From the NCBI GenBank assembly GCA_010093815.1, contig ML996596.1: 64,000 bases of DNA; one strand, 5' to 3'. The position numbers were made by a program, and so were the translations under genes. Shown piece after piece: positions 52,301-64,000 of the stretch. The stretch's first letter is position 1. The number at the start of each line of letters is the position of its first letter. The notes below the pieces were generated by a model. The model saw nothing but the letters and a program-made list of their open reading frames with translations. It did no database searches and was not told where the DNA came from. Source of the stretch: Pseudovirgaria hyperparasitica. Its lineage: Eukaryota.

Positions 52301-55300
52301 GCTATTAAGACGCTCTTTTAGGATTATGAGTACCTTCCTATAAAGGGCTCTAGGAATATTAAAGTTCTTAGCCTACTATACCTTATGTTCTACCGTTCGG
52401 ATCTCCTACGGAGATGCCACCTCTTTATTAAATTTACTAAGGTATAAGAATTTCTATGCTAGTACTTCCTCGCGATATAATAAGATTATATATAGTAACT
52501 TAAGTTCCGCGGGACGTAGCTCTATTCTAATCTTTAGCTAACTTATACGTAGAGGCGTTAGACGTGTTCCTAGCGGGATAGTTACCCTTCAAGGCTCTAT
52601 TAGCCTACTAAACGCGTTAAGGCCTAGATAGACGGCCAGAAGAAGTACCTACCGTGCGATTACTCGTTCACGCTAGTCTAGATACCCTAATAGATTCCTA
52701 GGAACCTTTCGGTAGACTTCGGAGTCATCTACGGGGTATACTTTAACTCCCTTTCTTTTATACATGGTAGCCATATTAAATCCCTTTAATACCCCGGATG
52801 AATACCGTCTTTAGAGGCTAGTAGAGCCTACTATAAGCTATTCTATTATCGTGCCTTATTTATGTACGAAGGCAGCGTACCTTACTACCGTAACTAGGGC
52901 GGCTAAGTCATCTTTTCTTAATAACCGAGTAACATTTTTAGGCCGGATTTTCTCGGAAAGTAACTCTATATAACTCATTTCTATATCCGTATAAAAATAT
53001 AGCCTATCCCCTTCGTTAGTAGGTTTACCGGACCCTATTTAGTGCGGATTATTAGTTAAGGGTAGCCCTTAACTAATAATCCGGCTTAACTCCGGCTTCT
53101 AGCGATATACTCCGCTATATAGTTAGTCTCTAGCCACGGAGTTACCCTCCTTCTCTAAGACTAGAATATACTTATCCGGACTAGTTTCGAAGGTTACACG
53201 TTCTTATCTATATACGGAGTAGACTATTAAGAGTACTTACCCGGAGGCTAACCTCTATACTATAAGTAAGGCCTATCTAGTATATGGCTCCCCTAGAATA
53301 AGATTATAATTAAGTTCGCTATACACGAATATCGAAGTGGCCGTAACGATCCGACCTATATAGATAGGGTATTACTATACTATTCCTACGAATAGAGTAC
53401 TATACTAAGTAGCGCTAACTAAACTCGAGTTCTTTATATATGGTAGAAGCGAAGATATCGCTAGCCTAAGACGCCTCGTAGCATCTAGTCGAATACTATT
53501 TACCTATGCGCTACTATCGAATAGTACTATACTAGTCGCCCTTTTAGGACTAACTTCCACGGGGTACCTTAGATACTTAGCCACTAGCCTTACTATCCCT
53601 TCCTTAAGCTAATTAATATCTTATTACGTGATGGCCGTCCCTATGGCATAGAGGGGTACTAATACATTAAGTTTATTTATCTTAGAAGCCATAGTATAGT
53701 CGTTTCTTTCTTTCTTCTCGGCTCTCTCTTCTTAAGTCTTATAGACCTCTCTAGCCATGAAGTCGGGGGCGCCCTTCTTAAACACCGTACGATATAAGTT
53801 ACTATTAAGGCTTAATAGTTTACTAATAGTAATGTTTATGGTTATCCCTAGAACGCGCACTAGCTATGCTTCGCTAGCTTCTATACTTAGCCGCTATCCT
53901 TCGCGTAGATAGTTATTAAGCTTAACACCTCGGATACGTGCCTTTTGACTAGGATTTAGGCTATCCCCTTCATCTATCTTGTCCTCCAGCGCCGTTGGCT
54001 CTTATTTAGACGTTCTCTAGTCGCTACTCTTCTCGCCGTCCTCCTATTCCTTAATAATCCTTATATACTACCCTTTACGCATTCCGCGGAGGCGGGCGAT
54101 CTTTCTTTCCTTAGTATAATTAGGTATACTCTTCGTGATCCCCCTTCTAGATATTACGAGTATAGCGGGCTCTTCTAGAGCTATCTCCTTATGGATATAT
54201 CTATTACTAGCCACGTCGAAGCGTTCGTAGAATTCTATATATCTATCTTTCTTACTCTCGGGCGATATAACTTCTTCTTCTAAATCGCTATCCGCCGAGG
54301 CCTAGTAGGGACCCTTCATAGGTTTTATACTAATACTATATACCGGCACTCCCTATAAAGCGTTAATGTTTACTACGGACGTAGAAACCTTTACTCCTTC
54401 TCCGTACTAGCTTAGGCCGTTTTAAACCGTTACTATATAGTTTCGGATAGCTTATAGAGTAGCTTATAGCCCTACCGAGGAGGGTAGTAATAGGATTTCT
54501 TCTCCGTTCGCCCTAAAACGCCCTTAGAATACTCGTACCCCGTTAATATTTAGTAATCCGTCTCTAATATATTCTACTATCTCCGGATATCTATATATTA
54601 GGTGATCTCCTCCGTACGTAATATATACGATCGGTCTTCGAGGCCTATCCTAGGCCATAACGCCTCCTTAGAAGTCTTAGGTAGAGACGTATTCTCTATT
54701 CTATATATAATTCTATGGATAAACTTACGTTAGTTCTATGGATATGCCTCGTACTTAGGGATGTACTAAAAGATTTAGCCTTCGCGCCTACTAGTTAATA
54801 ATAGCCGAAAGTAGCTTAGGTTCGTACTTCTTAAGGGATAGGAATAAGGGATTAGAGGTAAAGTAGGACTTTATCTTAATTAACGTGAGGTCTAGTTTAC
54901 TAAATCTCTCTACTATCTCGTTAAACTTGTCCGATTCTAGCGCGACGTGTACTACGACTAGAGAGGGGTAGTTAAATTTATTAGTTCTTCTTTCTTTATA
55001 TAACTACTCTTCTAAGCCGGTCTTCTTACTCTCTATCTTTAATTTATAGTATATGGCTATGGCTAGCTCTTGTGCGGCTAAGTACTTATTAATATAAGCG
55101 AGTTCCTTAAGTGCTCTAGCCTTTCGTAATACGAAGCCATAGATAATTACCTAGTCGTAACTATGTACTTCCATCGTAAGTTAACATTTCTCTATAGCCC
55201 GAGCCTTAAGACTATTAGGCAGCCCTTCTAGGAAGAGCTCTATTCGCGAATACGAGCTTAGGCTTCCTTTAGCCGTAAGTTTCTCTATAATAACACGATA

Positions 55301-55985
55301 CCGGGAGTAGTACATAGGGAGAGAGTAGGATAGGTCTACTTTAACCATTTCCACGTATTTTCGGATAAAGTGGATGGTGCCTTCCTCGAGGGTAGAGTTA
55401 AATAGAGAGAATTCCTTTAATAATTCTTCACGTAGCGTAGCCTACTACTATTTCTAAAACCTACTTATTCCTTTAATAGTAGGACGGAGATAGTCCTCGT
55501 AGTATGACGGTAGAGAGGTTATCTTCTTATTAGGCGGAACTTCGTAGTTTATATACATGTCCTCGTACTTCCGAAGGAAGGCCGTAATATTTATTCCTTT
55601 AAAGCGCTCGGGGGCTAGGGTAGATAGAGGTACTATCCTTCCTTATCGCGCAAATGCTACGAAGAAGTTAAGTATCTCTCTACGAGTTACTAGGTTGTTA
55701 TTTTAAGCTCCTATCGCACTATTACTAGTAGTAGGTATACTAGTGGAGACGCTAGGGGTAAGGTTATTAGTTAAGGGATTACCTTAACTAAAGGTTGGCC
55801 TAATGCGTCTACCTATAACACCTATTATCCCTTCTCTATGTTAACTAATCCCTTTATAAGGTGAACTATTACTATCGTCTTCATTAATATAAGGTTCACG
55901 GTATTCTACTTATGTTATTATCTTCGTGTAAGGCGTTCCTAAAGTGGTATACTCGTATAGCCGTGTTTATAAATAATAGCTATAG
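49400..55985 (-). pseudogene. Gypsy-2 gag-pol; ends approximate
   Basis: Gag APERFKGINITAFLRKYE (~55560-55617), protease VLFDS(G)AQVN (~53500-53528), RT LFLDDLDIKGP (~51881-51913), RNase H VDSSNV (~51395-51412), integrase YNPRVNRIIKR (ancestral YNPRANG..ER, ~50185-50218). Confidence 0.88.
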
Positions 55986-56274
55986 TAGCACTAAATAGAT
56001 TATATTTGTCGTTTTTGAACTCTTCTTTACTGCTTCATCTAGCCCTATTTTATATCCTATTCCCCTAAGACATTTTCGAGTCGCGCTATCACCCGTGTTA
56101 GTATGCGCATGCTTTTTACGGCTACTTTTAAGAGGCTAGCCCCTAGCGACTCCGGACTCCCTGTTTTCCGGACTCGTGGCTTCGATCTAGTAAGTCTAGA
56201 CTACCTTATTAGGCACGCCATATACTTCCCCTAAGCTAGTTTCGGAGTCCTAATCTCCCCCTATAAGTTCGTAG

Positions 56275-56291
56275 TCCGGGTACGACCTCTA
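56275..56291 (-). promoter_or_regulatory. Primer-binding site of Gypsy-2, probably for tRNA-Gln
   Basis: + strand tccgggtacgacctcta reverts to tccgggcacgacctCCA, 4 nt from the 5' LTR. It resembles my recollection of the 3' end of Pezizomycotina tRNA-Gln (not verified). Confidence 0.55.
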
Positions 56292-56295
56292 AAAT

Positions 56296-56667
56296 TATAG
56301 TAAGCTATCGCCACGTGTGTCCCTTTTATAAATAGCTATGTTCCTAGTATAGTAGTCGCGACGAACTCATAAGTATCTCTCCTAGGTATTATGAGTTCTC
56401 TTTGAACGTACGACTTCTTATTAGTTCTCTTTTATAATAGGACGGGTCTATATAATACTCTTAATCAATTCTTTAATAGCTAAGCCTAATAATTAATACC
56501 TATAGAGGCCCATGAACGTAAGAAAAGGTCGAATAGTCGAATATTAGTGATGGGGGAAGCGCGCCGAGTAGAATGACCAAGGAAAACGCCCTCCTTAAAT
56601 ATATAATGAAGCCATGTAATCGAGCTAGGGACATATACATATAGGGCTACAGGAGCGGCCTTCTATA
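56296..56667 (-). repeat. Gypsy-2 5' LTR
   Basis: Direct repeat of 45230-45601. Confidence 0.93.
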
Positions 56668-57049
56668 CTATATTAGACTAAAAAGAGAAACGGCGTTTAG
56701 AGCAAGGCGGCGAAGGCGTAAACTCTCGATTATTGTCTACGACAAGATCTTCTTCATCCTCTAAAGGAGGTATAGTAGATAGGCGGCGCGAGTAGGTGTA
56801 GGTAGGCTTTATAGCTACCTCTTCCGTAACACTAGTACTAGGATTACCTAGATTAGAGCGACTAGTGGCCACGTTAGTGGTAATAGTAGTAGTAGCCTTA
56901 GCTACCTTCTTCTCTAACTTAGAGCGCGCCTTTATACTACTATAATAAGTGGATTTTTTAGCCGGTATAGCCGGGGTAGAGATAATCCCTTTAGAGCGAG
57001 TCTTACGAGAGGAGGAGGTAGACTTAGGAATAGAACTAGTATTAGACAT
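56668..57049 (-). pseudogene. 5' part of the Gypsy-1 antisense accessory gene (S/T/K/R-rich N-terminus)
   Basis: ORF 56678..57049 MSNTSSIPKST. Its TAG stop is RIP-type and the frame continues at 45225. Confidence 0.65.
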
Positions 57050-57536
57050 CTATATATATACGTTAGCTAGAGGTCTAAGAGTAGAATACTTATTTAGCCT
57101 TAAAGGCGATTAAAGAAGCTAAATTAGTAACCGTAATAACGCGAATAGATTACATAGAACCAGCTCTAATAAAAATAGACTACTCTAGACCCGAACGGAT
57201 CTAAACTAAAGGAGATAGTATACGAATTAACGACTTACCTTAAGAGTAAGGTAGATATACTAGAGAAGAAAATTCAGAATAAGAGAACTAAATATAAGCT
57301 TAGTTAATATAGCGGTTATATAACCCGCGGAGCTATCTCTAAGGTAGTAGCTATGAAGTAAGGGATAAGCGTATATATAAATAAAAGTAAACTAGAGCTT
57401 AAGTTTACCGATATAAAGACTATCGATAACGTTACATAGATTTAATTAGATGCGCGTATAAATATAACGCTTATAGAATTACGGATTTATATATAGCTAA
57501 GTGCTTCGGGGCGAAGCATAAAAAGAAGAAGGATAT

Positions 57537-57776
57537 TATTAGGGCTAATACCAGGATAGACTTAACTAGAATACTATGGTCTAGTACGGTCCGTGACAGG
57601 TGGACCTAGGGTAAGTTAGCTAGAATAAGCGAGACCACTATATAAGTAGGCCGCATACACTTAATTCCTACTCTTTAGGAATTAACCTTGTTAGGAGAGT
57701 AGACTACCCTTTTAAATATATTCCCGAATCCTCCTATAACCTGTTAGACTACTATCCTACGTCTACAATCCTTATA
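57537..57776 (+). repeat. Gypsy-1 3' LTR
   Basis: Direct repeat of 38325-38564. Confidence 0.93.
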
Positions 57777-60700
57777 CTTACCCCCCTTAGTAGTCTATTT
57801 CCCTTAGTAGTTAATAAAGTATATAAGCTAGTACTTTTTAGATATAAACTTTACTCTATAGCGCTTTACCTATTAGATATATCTCTTATAGTTCTATTTA
57901 AGACGCCTATATATCTAGCTAGTATTATTATTAATAGTAAGGAGATATATATTATCTATATATTACGTTCTCTAGAGAAGGTCTATAGTAAAGAAGAGAA
58001 AGAGAATTAGAGAGATAGTACTTCCTTAAGGAATACTATATAATATTTTTTTATATTCGCTATAATATCTAGAAATATATATCTAGATAACCCTTTTAGT
58101 AAGGAAGGACTATATAAACTATATAATCTACTCTAGTATACGTCTCCTCTATAGATTATAGATAAGTCTAGTATAGTTTATCTTATTAAATATACTAGCT
58201 ATATTAAGGGAGAGTAGCGTTACTATATATCTCTATTTCTATATTTATAGTCTAGATAACTTTAAGGATATATTAGATAGCGGTAATTAGAGAGCTACTA
58301 GTCTTTATCTTCTAGTTTACTAGAAGAAGACTATATACCTATACTATAACGCTTATCTTCTTCGCGATTATAGCTTCTAGTATCTTTCTAGGATAGAAGA
58401 GAAGGGTAATTAGTATCTAACCTTTTAGAGAGCTAGGATTCTTTTCTAGTTTCGGGAGTATAACTATATAGATAGCTTAGAAGCTTTAGAGATAGTATCT
58501 ATTCTTAGCGTATACCTAGAAGATAAGATTAATAAGCGGTATAGTTACCCGTATAGTATATTTAAGGTACCTATTTAGTATTCTATCCGGCCTAGATACC
58601 TTATTATTAGAGAGCGCTTTAATAGTATTAAGTATATTCTCTTTAGTAATCTTCTAGGGAATATCTATTAGATCTAGATACTTAGTATCTTTAATATTAG
58701 ATAGGTCTACTAGTTCTAGAAGGGGGAATATAACTTCTCGTAGAATCTCTATCTTCTTCTAGCTTATAGAGTATATTCTTCCTTAGTATATTAGAGGAGG
58801 TATTAGTAGTAGTAATACTAGGGTATTAGTATCCTTAGCCTACTTAGCTATATACTATAGCTCTATAGTTTATTATATATACTTACTAGTAATTATATAC
58901 TATTATTTATGTTATTTATTAAGGAGGGTTTAGTTATAATATTATACTATCTCTTTCTACTTATTCTATGCCTTAGTTATCTAGATATAGTATATATATA
59001 TATATATAGTCTATAGGCCTCCCGTCTATATTCTTATATCTAAGATATACCCCTTACGTCTAGGGGTCTATATAGTTAGTATAGTACGTGTTTATCTCTT
59101 ATATTCTAGTATACTTAAAGGAGGGTTTATACGGCTTTATTAATAGTAGGGCCGTTAGATATATTAACTATAGGGGTATCTAGAATCGCCGATTCTAGAT
59201 TCTCTAGATAGTTATCCTAGTTAGTATCCTTCTATATCTACTTTCCTTATTAGTTATTAAGAGTAGAGACGTCTATTATAGTCTCTATATATTTATAGTT
59301 AGAGTCTATCTATAGTAGGCTTAGGTAGTAGTATTATACTCTATAGCTTATATAGTTAGTAGTAAGTATAAGGTCGATAGTAGATCTATCCTTATTCTAT
59401 TTATATCTCTTCTATATAATCTATTCTATAGATATAAGAAGGTATAGGAAGTCCTAGTATCGTATATATAGCTCCCTTACTCTAAGTTCCTCTCTAATAA
59501 TAGTAGGGCCTCTCTACTATCTATAGTAGAGATTAAAGTTACCTAGAAGGATATATTCTCCTAGTATTATAGTATCCTTAAGTATATTATCTAGTATAAG
59601 TAATTACTATTAATTATATATATTATAGATATAAAGGGGCTCTATACTTATCTAGAGATATAATATTATCTAGAGGTTATTACGTTCGGTATAGGACTAT
59701 TCTAAGAGTAGAATTAACTTATATATATAAAATATTACTCTTCTATCTCGGCTTATAGGGTAGATAGTATAGTATTCTAGATATATTATTAGCTTATTAG
59801 TTTAGTAGTACTTATATAGCTCCTAGATAGTAAGTATTATAGCCCTAGTTTCTTTAAGGAGTATCGCCTAGTTCTCTCTTTTATACTATATATTTACCTA
59901 TATAATTTAGAGTATATTATAGTCCCTTATTAGATACTAGAGAGTATATATATCTATATACTTATTTCTTAGAGGTAGAGCTATCCCCTTATAGTAGTAG
60001 CTTTAACTATATCTTTTAGTCGCCCTATTATTCTAGAAATAGTCTACTATTCTACTAGGTTACCGTTCTAGAAGAAGGTTAAGGTTATATTTATTATAAT
60101 AGAAGAGCTTATAGTAGATATTATATTTTATAGCTATATTATATCTCTTACTTTTATTATATAAATATACTTAGTAATCTATCTATATTTATTATATATT
60201 AATAATTATAATGGGTATTTTCCTTTATAGTTTAAATACTATACTATATTCTTATTTCTTAGTCCGTCTTCTTACGGTTTATAAGAGTATTTCTAGATAG
60301 TATAGTCTCTATAATACTAGCCGTATTTAGTCTTCTATAAATACTATTATATAGTATAGCTATACCCTTAATAGTTAAAGTACTATATTATTATCTATAC
60401 TCTATTCTATAGTTTAGCTATAAAAAGTTTATCTTCTATAAGGAATCCCTTCTATATAATATATTATATAAGGGTAGAGTCCTAGAGCTATATAATTATA
60501 GTAGAGTATTTTTTAATCTTTGCCTTAATCCCTTATAGATTCTTCTATTATACCTTTATAATCTTAATCTCTAGATATTTTTACTTCTTAGCTTATTCTA
60601 TATATAAAAGATTCTCTATACTAATAGTCTATCTCTATACTAGTACTATATATATCTATATTAGATATATAGCTATCTAGATAGATACGCTAGGGAAGAT

Positions 60701-61541
60701 ATTATCTATCGCGTTTAGATTACGTAAGATATTCTACTATACTATATTAGTTATAGTAGTAAGTACTACCCCTTCTAGTATAACTTTAGTAGCTATAATA
60801 TTTAACTATATTCTCTTCTATTTATTTATCTTATTTATAATTTCCTTTAGAGATACTTATTAGATCTATATAAGGGTATTCTTATTCTAGATTATAATAT
60901 ATACGCTATATACTCTATCTATAATTCTAGTAGTCCTTAGGGCGGTAGCTCTAGATATAGCTATAATCTATACCTACGTATTAGGGCGCTTATCTTAGTA
61001 TAGCTCTTTCTAAATCTATCGTAAGCTAGCTTCTATTCTATTAAGTCTATTATCTAGTTCTCTTTATAGTAATTTCTATAGTAACTTTCTCTCTTCCTCT
61101 ATAAGTTCTCTTAGATTCTAGATAAGATCCCGGAATATATAGAGAAGGGTCTTCTTCTCTTCTACCGTATCTTTCTCTATATATATTATCTAGTATTTAA
61201 TTTTATCTATAAGGGTCTCCTCTCTTAGAGTCCTCTTAGACTTAGTTATCTATAGTATTACTTACCCTTAGTTAGTTTCTATATTTTAGATAGGTATTTA
61301 ACTATCTATATTAATATTACTATATAGCTATTTCTATTATACTAGTAGGGGTATTTCTAGTATATACTAGGGTATAGCTATATCTAAGGCCGCTATAGTT
61401 ATTAGTTAAGGGCTATCCTTAACTAATAAAAGGGGGTTAGTATATTAGTATTTATTAGATATAGTCTATACTTATATTATTAAGGGGTCTTCGAGCGTAT
61501 ATATATAGCTTCTTTATATATTAGTATTATTATATACTATA

Positions 61542-61585
<44 letters not shown>

Positions 61586-61859
61586 GATTATTATACTTGG
61601 TATACTCTATCGTTTAATATACGTAAATTACTATATTACTCTAGATTAACTAGTTTTAGTCTATAGAGGTATAAGAAGTTTTTTTTTTAGATTATTATAT
61701 ATATAAAACTTATATACCCCCTTAATCTATATATATATATATATACCTTATATACTATTTTTTATTTTTATAGGTTTTTAGCTCTATTAATTAAATTAAT
61801 AGAGTCTATAAAATACTTCTATATAGAGTAGTTAACTACCTTAGTTAGTATTATAGATA

Positions 61860-64000
61860 GTAATGTTATATCTTAGTTAAGTATTAAATTAATTACTAGC
61901 TACTTTATAAATTCTATGGCTATCTATATCGGATCTTTAGTCCGTAGTTCTTACCGTTATTCGTCTTCTTATTACTTTCTATAATAGCTACCCCTAATTA
62001 AATCGAAACGATAAATTAACTCGAAATAATAATGTCTTCTATAACGATACTAAAGTCCGTTACTCTAGTAGGCTTACTTTAATTAGATACTCGTATAGAT
62101 ACTACGCGATATTACTTTCTAAGTATTAGTAGAAGTATTAATAGTATTATTATAATATAGCTCTACGTTTCTCCGGTTCTTATATAAGGATAGCTTCTAT
62201 TATCTTTAGATTTATAGTAACTATCTAAAGTCTATTATAAACCTTAAGGAAAGCTTTAAATTAGTTATTAGGGTATTCGAATATATAATTTAGTACTATT
62301 CTTATTACTCTTATTTCTTTTATATTTATTTAATCTATTTATAGTATTAGTATAGCTATAGGGATCTAAGACCATTCGTACGTATCGTCGTCTTTTCTTA
62401 GCTAATTTAAGTAAGTAGATTTAGCGGGAGTAGAAACTATAGATATTAGAGTAATAATAGTTTCTATATTTATAGTTATAGCGGCGCTTATAACGACGGT
62501 AGCGGCCGTAGTACTTATAATAACGTTAATCTCTACGTTAGCTATAGTACTTATAATAACGTTAATATCTACGTCGGTTACGGCATTAGTTTCTACTAGT
62601 AGTATAGTTTTAGTAGCGGCTTCTTCTATTTAGGAGTCTTCTATATTATAGAATTCGTTTACTAACTCTAAGTTATTAGTATTTATAAGCTTCGTAAATT
62701 ACTACCTTTATTTCTTAAACTTATCTAAGACTACTTCTTCGTGTATAACTTTTATTAGATTATTATTTATATTAGTATCTAATTCTCTAACTTTAAGTAG
62801 CTTAATATCTAAGCTCGATCTCTTATCGTCTAAGAGCTTCTAGACGTTTTATTCTAGAAGTTCCTTAAACTAATACTCTAGCGTAGGAATTCTAGAAACT
62901 AGTATCTCTATCTAAATATTATTAAGTTTAGAATAGTAATTATAAGTACTAGCGGCCGCTACTTTATTAAAGAGCGTTTCGAAGGGTATTCTATTAGAAG
63001 CTTTATATAGTTTATCTTCTTTTATAGTAAGTAGATATTTAAAGCTATCTTAGATATATTACTAGTATCTTCTAATAATTTCTTCGATATCTTATATATC
63101 TACTTCTATAGTATACTCTATGGTTTTCGTTACGCTATTAGAATATTATAGGTTTATAATTATCTCTATAAATCTTTGTATCTAGCTAGTGATTCTTAGT
63201 ATTTATCTAATTAATTCTTTTCTAGATAAAGTATCTACTACGGGTGTAGTAGTTACTATAGGTGTAGCTATTACTACGGGCGTAGCTATTTCTACTATCG
63301 TAGCTATCTTCTACGTAGTAATCTTTTATACTTCTACTATAAACCTTTTTAGAGCCTCCCTTATAATATCTTTTATCTAAGCTTCTATCTCTTTCTTATA
63401 GGCTAAGATAAGTATATTTATTTCCGTCTCTTATTAACTAATAGCGTTTATAGTTAACGCGGTAGGAATTAAGGTAGATAAGGTTACGGGAATTAAGGTA
63501 GATTATAGCTCCGTTAGCTCTATTAGAGTAGATAGAAGTTCTAATAATATAGAAGCTACCTTAGATACTATTATTTTAGTAGTAATTAACTTTACCTTCT
63601 TTACTATTTTAGCTTTCTTTATAGTAGTAGCTAGTATAGCTTTTATAATAGAGAGTAGAACCTTAATTACCTCTATTACCTTTGTAACTAGAGTCTATAT
63701 TTCTTCTAGTATTCTTAATTTAATAACGCCTTTCGTTAGGTTTATTAGGACGTCTAAGGTAGATACTCTAGCCTTTAGTCTCTTAGGAATCTCTCTTACT
63801 AAAATAATTAGCTATATCTTATTAGTATTTATAAATCCTTTAATTATAAAAAAGTTATCTATTTTATTAAAACTAGGTAGCGAGCTTATAATAATAGTTT
63901 ATATAGAGATAGTCTACGTAGAGATTTCGGGTAGAGTTAAAGTATATCTACTAAGTAGATATTATAGTAGGAGTTTATTAATTTTTCTATTCTATGTAAT
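61860..64000 (-). pseudogene. RIP-degraded gene-like sequence with short internal coding repeats, identity unknown
   Basis: - strand reads DVDINVIISTIANVEINVIISTT (33-bp duplication ~62508-62578) and ATPVVIATPIVTTTPVV (~63235-63290). Confidence 0.35.

Larger units (their letters stand above)
45230..56667 (-). mobile_element. Second Ty3/Gypsy LTR retrotransposon (Gypsy-2, 11.4 kb) nested in Gypsy-1
   Basis: 372-bp LTRs at 45230-45601 and 56296-56667, 4-bp TSD ctat, purine-rich tract ggccggggagg next to the 3' LTR, PBS at 56275-56291. Confidence 0.94.
38325..57776 (+). mobile_element. Ty3/Gypsy chromovirus LTR retrotransposon (Gypsy-1), RIP-inactivated
   Basis: 240-bp LTRs, 5-bp TSD cttac (38320-38324 and 57777-57781), PPT aaaaagaagaagga at ~57520-57533, gag-pol with a chromodomain. 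Confidence 0.95.
36856..61690 (-). mobile_element. Older full-length LINE (subfamily D), pieces 36856-38324 and 57777-61690, split by the Gypsy nest
   Basis: Long (aat)n tail at 36856-36923. Colinear with the other LINEs. 5' end at ~61690. TSD ttattatatata at 36844-36855 and 61692-61703. Confidence 0.88.

Noticed and set aside
339..61429. Palindrome copies as a CRISPR array or rho-independent terminators
   Set aside because: The copies are dispersed kilobases apart inside eukaryotic TEs, with no spacer periodicity and no cas genes.
61545..61581. (TA)n microsatellite as a functional element
   Set aside because: It corresponds to a tacacgtacgcacg tract in other LINE copies, converted by mutation and slippage.

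Overview
A gene-free, AT-rich block of nested retrotransposons from a filamentous ascomycete. It is heavily mutated by what looks like RIP: TpA is pervasive, CpA/TpG is depleted, CpG is retained, and in-frame stops are almost all TAA/TAG. It holds about 9 copies or fragments of related Tad1-like LINEs with (TTA)n tails and 12-15 bp TSDs. A chromodomain Ty3/Gypsy element (38325-57776) is interrupted by a second, unrelated Gypsy (45230-56667). There is also a long-TIR foldback element split by two LINE insertions, a possible Helitron-like insert, and several degraded gene-like relics. No intact CDS remains. The main unexplained signals are three. (1) A 31-bp palindrome, TTATTAGTTAAGGGC(A/T)GCCCTTAACTAATAA, occurs about 16 times at stereotyped positions in both the LINEs and an unrelated Gypsy, including in frame inside gag/pol. 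(2) The chromovirus carries an antisense, intron-containing, Cys-rich accessory gene. (3) The second Gypsy carries a ~2.9-kb extra ORF. Coordinates were read by eye and may be off by a few bases.
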